NCBI GenBank assembly: GCA_965644295.1
Contig: CBFFRP010000427.1
Coordinates: 62,001 to 126,000, forward strand
Reading direction: 5' to 3'
Length of the DNA: 64,000 nucleotides
Origin: Paraphysomonas bandaiensis
Taxonomy: Eukaryota; Protista; Chrysophyceae
Part shown: positions 62,601 to 64,000 of the stretch, one piece after another
Position numbering within the stretch: position 1 is the first letter of the stretch
Layout of the letters: every line of letters begins with the position of its first letter
Notes under the pieces: generated by a model
What the model was told of the DNA's origin: nothing
The model's database searches: none
Seen by the model: only the letters and a program-made list of their open reading frames with translations
Translations under genes and position numbers: made by a program

Positions 62601-64000
62601 CACCGTCTTGAACATAGAGACCACCAGAGTTCACTGTGACTCCATTGGTCACACCCATGCCACTGAACAGAGTGAATTCATCATTAAAAACTGCGGCATC
62701 ACTCACAGTGAGCCCGCCCGTGAGTATCATTCCATCACTCAAGATTGACATCCCTCCAGCCTGCGCATAGATACCACCAGTGTGAACAGTTGAACCTCCA
62801 GTCACAACAAGTCCCCCCGATTGCACAGATAAGCTGCTTGTGATCTTCAGTCCACCAGAGAGGACAGTCACACCAGTAGATACTTTTAAACCATCAGCTT
62901 GTACGGATACCCCTCCTGTGGTAACGACTATTCCTCCATCATTTACTGTTAAACCTCCAGTAATCTTCACACCAGAGGAAACAACAGAAATACCATCCTG
63001 AGTCACAACAAGACCATGGTTTGATACTGTGAATCCGTTCATGGATACAATAAGTCCACCATTATCAATACTAAGACCACCACTATCGATTTCAAGACCT
63101 TCATTTCCTAAACTGACACCACCGGTTGCATAGAATCCACCTGAGAGTTGTGAAACTCCACCAGTAACTTTTACTCCTCCTGTAAGAGCGGAAACACCAC
63201 TATTCACTTTCAGCCCATCCGAATCAAGTGATAATCCACCCGAAAGAACGAATACTCCATCTGTTAAAACAGTGGCACCTCCAGTGACTTTGAGACCACC
63301 GGAGGTAACAGATACCCCCCCGCTCACCGTGGTACCTCCAGACATTATCGACATACTTCCTGTTACAGAAATCCCCCCTGTGTGAATTGTCAGTCCACCT
63401 GAGTTTACGCTTAGACCATTGGTTACTGTCATGCCTCCAGAATTGACGGAGCTTCCGCCAGTAACGGTCGTTCCATGATTTACGATACTGAATCCACCAG
63501 ACGCAATATACATACCGTCTGTATTCACAGTGTGCCCACCAGTTAAAGTCAGACCTGAGCTTTGAACAGATGTACCTCCAGTAACCCTAAGTCCATCGTT
63601 ATTAACAGTTGTTCCACCAGTTAGTTTCACGCCATCAAAATTCACTGTAAGACCATTCTTTGAAATCTTGACACCACCGGAGTTAATAGTGTTCCCCCCA
63701 GTGACAGCCATACCACCAGCTACGACTGATACACTGCCAGTAACCTTAACACCACCCGTGTAAATAGACTGCCCACCGGTTAAGCGTAGGCCGTCTCGTT
63801 CGATAGATAGGCCACCGCCAGCAATGCTCAAGCCGTAATCATGCAGAGATGAGCCACCTGTAACTCTCATACCTCCAGAGTTAACAGAAAATGTGTTCGT
63901 TACTGCCAGACCGCCAGAACTAACCGAACCACCTCCTGTGACGCTGATTCCATGTAGTGCAACCGTCAGTCCATGTGCAACGACATAAATACCACCGTCA
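50620..64000 (-). CDS. Giant Gly/Val/Thr-repeat protein (at least 4459 aa, 5'-partial) with C-terminal Peptidase S74 / intramolecular chaperone domain
   Basis: 13.4-kb stop-free frame that stays open from 63870 to the window edge (DGGIYVVAHGLTV..). ~13-aa TGGxTVxxGGxKV repeats. C-terminal SDRRLKSDI, GVIAQDVQEVLPDIV, YIELIPVIVEAV and a coiled-coil-like end. Confidence 0.9.
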   Translation of the reverse strand, partial: DGGIYVVAHGLTVALHGISVTGGGSVSSGGLAVTNTFSVNSGGMRVTGGSSLHDYGLSIAGGGLSIERDGLRLTGGQSIYTGGVKVTGSVSVVAGGMAVTGGNTINSGGVKISKNGLTVNFDGVKLTGGTTVNNDGLRVTGGTSVQSSGLTLTGGHTVNTDGMYIASGGFSIVNHGTTVTGGSSVNSGGMTVTNGLSVNSGGLTIHTGGISVTGSMSIMSGGTTVSGGVSVTSGGLKVTGGATVLTDGVFVLSGGLSLDSDGLKVNSGVSALTGGVKVTGGVSQLSGGFYATGGVSLGNEGLEIDSGGLSIDNGGLIVSMNGFTVSNHGLVVTQDGISVVSSGVKITGGLTVNDGGIVVTTGGVSVQADGLKVSTGVTVLSGGLKITSSLSVQSGGLVVTGGSTVHTGGIYAQAGGMSILSDGMILTGGLTVSDAAVFNDEFTLFSGMGVTNGVTVNSGGLYVQDGGMSILVNGIIIAGGLSIGSRGVAVTGGGTIAEGGVKIADGISVLSDGLTTTDGISINSGGMTVNGRMRLQTGGMLVDQHGITVTTGGILVTDTGLSISSGGATVTPGASIMSGGLKVTGGTTVHSGGLKITGGTTVATGGLYVTSNGLTVNSGRVIATNGAAAAATGIQISGGLSVRNVGIIVTGGTTIESEGMNINSGGLTVTTSGIKINNGISVGGGFVVTGGGTVNNAGFKVQGGATITSGGVVVVTQGLSSYFGGMKVTGGITAVNTGIVSSVGLSIESGGLKVTDGISVDTEGIYVRTEGLTIANDGLQVLLGGMLIQDSGMDTTGGVTVRDDGLYIITGSLNALDGASVSNGLSINTDGLKVTAGISVAAGGMKVTGGLTVLKGGGLHVTSKGVSVAIDGFAVTGGISVNAEGSKVRGGVTVLEGGIYISANGFNVASAGVSVTDGTTVLDGGMKVTGGVTLNDGLVAYNAISIATGGLRVSDGMTVYDDGVFILDGATMSDMGIKVSGGMSVNIGGMRITGGVSVNTGGVHITGGLTLKNEGMYITEKGLSVAAGGVKVTSGATISSAGIFALSHGLSIENDGMKIKGSITVTTGGVLVAASGMSIQSSGLRTTGGGSIYDTGMAVSGGVTAVDTGVRVSAGGASITAGGLYVTGGTTLNSGVVLTNTGLTVTAGGMKVTGGVTVVNTGLIAQMDGLTVLAQGIQVSDGTTINTGGMKVTGGITVNSGGIYSSGGSTVASLGMKVSGGVSILSGGLHVVGGYTVSNVGFVLSEHGLTIENDGLVVEDDGVTIESGGLKVSNGLTIYDSGIKITGGLTVDDTGIYVTKGGVSINADGIKVTAGASIMAGGLKVTGGVVVTGGTTVSGGGTFNNGVSIAAGGLTVHSSGMTVTDGVTVNSGGVAIKGGETVTTGGLYVLAGGVTVEADGFLVKGGATVYSAGMKVTGGTTVQNGGIVVRTGTAQLLASGLHISGGSTVFVDGMTVLDGVSLQTGGMYITGGVSLGDEGLNIKSGGVFVTTVGFRVTGGSTIDAGVVLPNTGLTIVTGGLKLTGGATVGNDGFSVLKTGLSVSGGGFNVAGGATINSGSVKVTGSVTVDSGGLIVGSGGGSVALNGVAVTGGATVWTGGVKVTGGATIVEGGLMVSAGGLTITGGGSKVIGGKSVVSSGLRVTDGTTVDTGGTWIKSGLTVSDEGVVVSSGTVKMRGMQISAGLTVYDAGVTVIDGVTLSTEGIKVVDGGVSVEGTGMRITSGGTIFTGGLTSTGGITVNTAGLVVNGGSTVSTGGLYVASSGLTVQEGMVVTTGGISVLAHGLTVTGGGTVYKDGFKVKGGSSITDMGLKVSGGLTIAKGGMYIVDGGTIAGTGLAISNGGQSIAGGLKVTNGISVSSRGFTLTGGGTVSSFGLKVREGLTVVSGGVVISADGITLSGTGLRVVGGSTVGDGVVTTGGVSVTNGGVYVTGGGLTVNAGGIVVDKAGVTVEVGGLTSSGGATVVHGGMKVTGGVTVDSGGLIVGSGGGAIARNGLTVTGGATVWTGGVKVTGGATIVEGGLMVSAEGLSVAAAGMKVTAGGTIFSGGMKVMGGVSVVRDGLYVTGGSTVGSGGVYVTAGGLSVNANGMVVTGGGTVDGGFVLSDGGMTVVSDGMKIADGTTVSSGGLLVQLNGLSVDADGVTVTGGSTVFSGGLQAAGGVSINAGGNVVSNGGVSIAGNGLTITGGQTVWTTGSQIIGGKTIVDGGVWINANGLTIKHGGFHVNNVGQSIAADGLKVTGGVSVVRDGLYVTGASTVGSGGVYVTAGGLSVNANGMVVTGGGTVDGGFVLSDGGLTISSDGFRAIGGGTVVGGGTKVNVGGLSVAAAGFAISGGGTVNSGGLKIKNKLEVLSSGASFEDGVSILNSGLKVTGGATVSTGGQYITNGGFTIMDTGLWLDAGVLNIYTNGAGVTGGFTILSNGLKVTGGVSLRNEGLKVSGGVTVFTGGIRVATNGLEVAANGIDATGGVSVDGGVEVADDGMSISDDGMKVDGGVTVSTGGVYITGGGMTVASGGLKVSADGSTVSSGGVKVTGSLTVDGGGLVVGSGGGSVALNGMTVTGGATVWTGGVKVTGGASIVEGGLMVSAEGLSVAAAGMKATGGTTTSLGGMKVTGGVTVLLGGAHVTGDITVTGTTLSNRLESQAGLAVTGGTTVSTGGIYVLATGLSVKASGLYVTGGATVDGGVTLTSGGVALNGGGLQVSDGLTVYDNGVSTTGGLTVDDTGIYVTKGGVSINADGIKVTAGASIMAGGLKVTGGVVVTGGTTVSGGGTFNNGVSIAAGGLTVHSSGMTVTDGVTVNSGGVAIKGGETVTTGGLYVLAGGVTVEADGFLVKGGATVFSAGMKVTGGTSVQSGGLKVSAGISAVSSGLSTTGGSTIETVGLFIRNQGTVSAGLVVTTGGMTVGSDGIVVSNGGVSAGGGGTVSSNGLKVAGGTTVSSGGVYISSGGVSVEAEGVVVTGGATIDAGMILPNTGLTIVTGGMKLTGGATVRNVGVVLQKGGVTVASAGLKVSADGSTVSSGGVKVTGSLTVDGGGLVVGSGGGSVALNGMTVTGGATVWTGGVKVTGGASIVEGGLMVSAEGLSVAAAGMKATGGVSIQDSGLVITGGTSILTGGLLVRTAGLSVQMDGMRVTGGASIMDDGLVIDGGTTVSAGGMKIVGGATVSGAALVSSALFRASLGVEITTDGLTIFDDGLRLTDGMTINSEGATVTGGVTVASLGMKVTGGLSVMSNGVTVTGGLSVRVGGLQITGGHSVFDGGMMVRSGLSIGSAGFKVTSAVTVSTGGVYVSAGGLTTIGGVVGTGGLTVNSAGLTSEAGLSISASGMTAAGGISVLDSGMIVAGATKITSGGLQVSQGVSVYNSGFRASGGLSVYAGGGSFTGGLTVNDDGLVVTADGATIAATGLKVAGGVTVSSGGVKVTGGVTVDSDGLVVGSGGGSVALNGVAVTGGATVWTGGVKVTGGATIVEGGLMMSAEGLSVAAAGMKVTAGGTIFSGGMKVTGGVSVVRDGLYVTGGSTVGSGGVYVTAGGLSVNANGMVVTGGGTVDGGFVLSDGGMTVVSDGMKVAGRVTASSGGVFVEAAGASVVSGGVRVSGGVTVYNSGLYVNGFGRVASGMHVTAGISVGTAGVYFNGGASISTGGMRVTNGFSVHSAGARVTGGLCVQNGGLNALGGITTGGGAQMGGATAITGGATVGTGLTVSTVGIEVSAGGQTISQGGLNVVTDGVSVAAGGTGVSGGLTIFNAAAFITGGLSVLSGGMKTTGGLTLDSGNFYARKAGTVEQGLTVTQGGIFVQSHGLTIDHGGLVVDGGLSAINSGLRTEGGATVRTGGFVVTSGATINSGGLYITAKGATINAGGLKAKGGMSVPSDGFIATGGLSISNGGFVVSGGLTLPNTGLTVIAGGLDITDGGLTFPGDGIKVKGGVTVSSSGFKVTSGLTVAIGGVALRGGMSVTNSGLRTTDGMTVYDGGFHALDLTIQSGATIDTGGLHVSATGLSVVAAGVKIGGGETIFTGGLRLTGGLSVIGGAVVTDGLSLHNGGVGVSHGLTVYNSGALIPIVGVSIKAGGLRVSDALTVYNTGIVVTGGATVNSGGMKVTDGVSVLSAGVAITSGLSVGNSGIKSLGGITVSLSGLKVTDGVSVKTGGMQLTGGVSVHVGGARVTGGVTVYTGGLNSLSGMTVPSGMTITDGGMFMDAGGLTIDSEGLVVNAGGISILSGGMGLTSGLSVRGGAVITNGISVKSGGIEVTGGLTVEDTGVYVRGGGATVRAGGLRVSNGLTVYNSGLYIQLDGMTIDDSGVQITEGLSVLSGGVYITNGLTVYGNIWFQGNPTVDSDRRLKSDITTIRDSLAKVSKIRGVYYKWAADSIMSDGKNETHLGVIAQDVQEVLPDIVTKTHNGQYLGVKYIELIPVIVEAVRDLDQRTYDYADIDRSYDILLENMFADVKILKEEVDLLQENVPKSLRTE

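Overview
Eukaryotic nuclear DNA with short (~45-110 nt) GT-AG introns. The gene flavour suggests a protist, possibly a stramenopile, but that assignment is low confidence. Host genes: FIP1-like, a GT77-type nucleotide-diphospho-sugar transferase, VPS45, a secreted GT-A-like protein, NAA15, a membrane-anchored triple-KH protein, a CPR-like diflavin reductase with a myristoylation motif, and tRNA-Thr(TGT). These sit among heavily nested mobile DNA: copia remnants, at least three hAT families with 8-bp TSDs, and an RNase H-bearing LINE. Two things stand out. (1) An uninterrupted ORF of at least 4459 aa, open at the window edge, made of ~13-aa Gly/Val/Thr beta-strand repeats and ending in a Peptidase S74 intramolecular-chaperone domain; this is a phage-tailspike-like architecture in a eukaryotic gene neighbourhood. 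(2) A retroposon community in which a LINE and at least three unrelated non-autonomous bodies share one structured 3' tail. TSDs and an in-window empty site support mobility, and one SINE-like member has a 5' head that folds into a degenerate HDV-like ribozyme topology.
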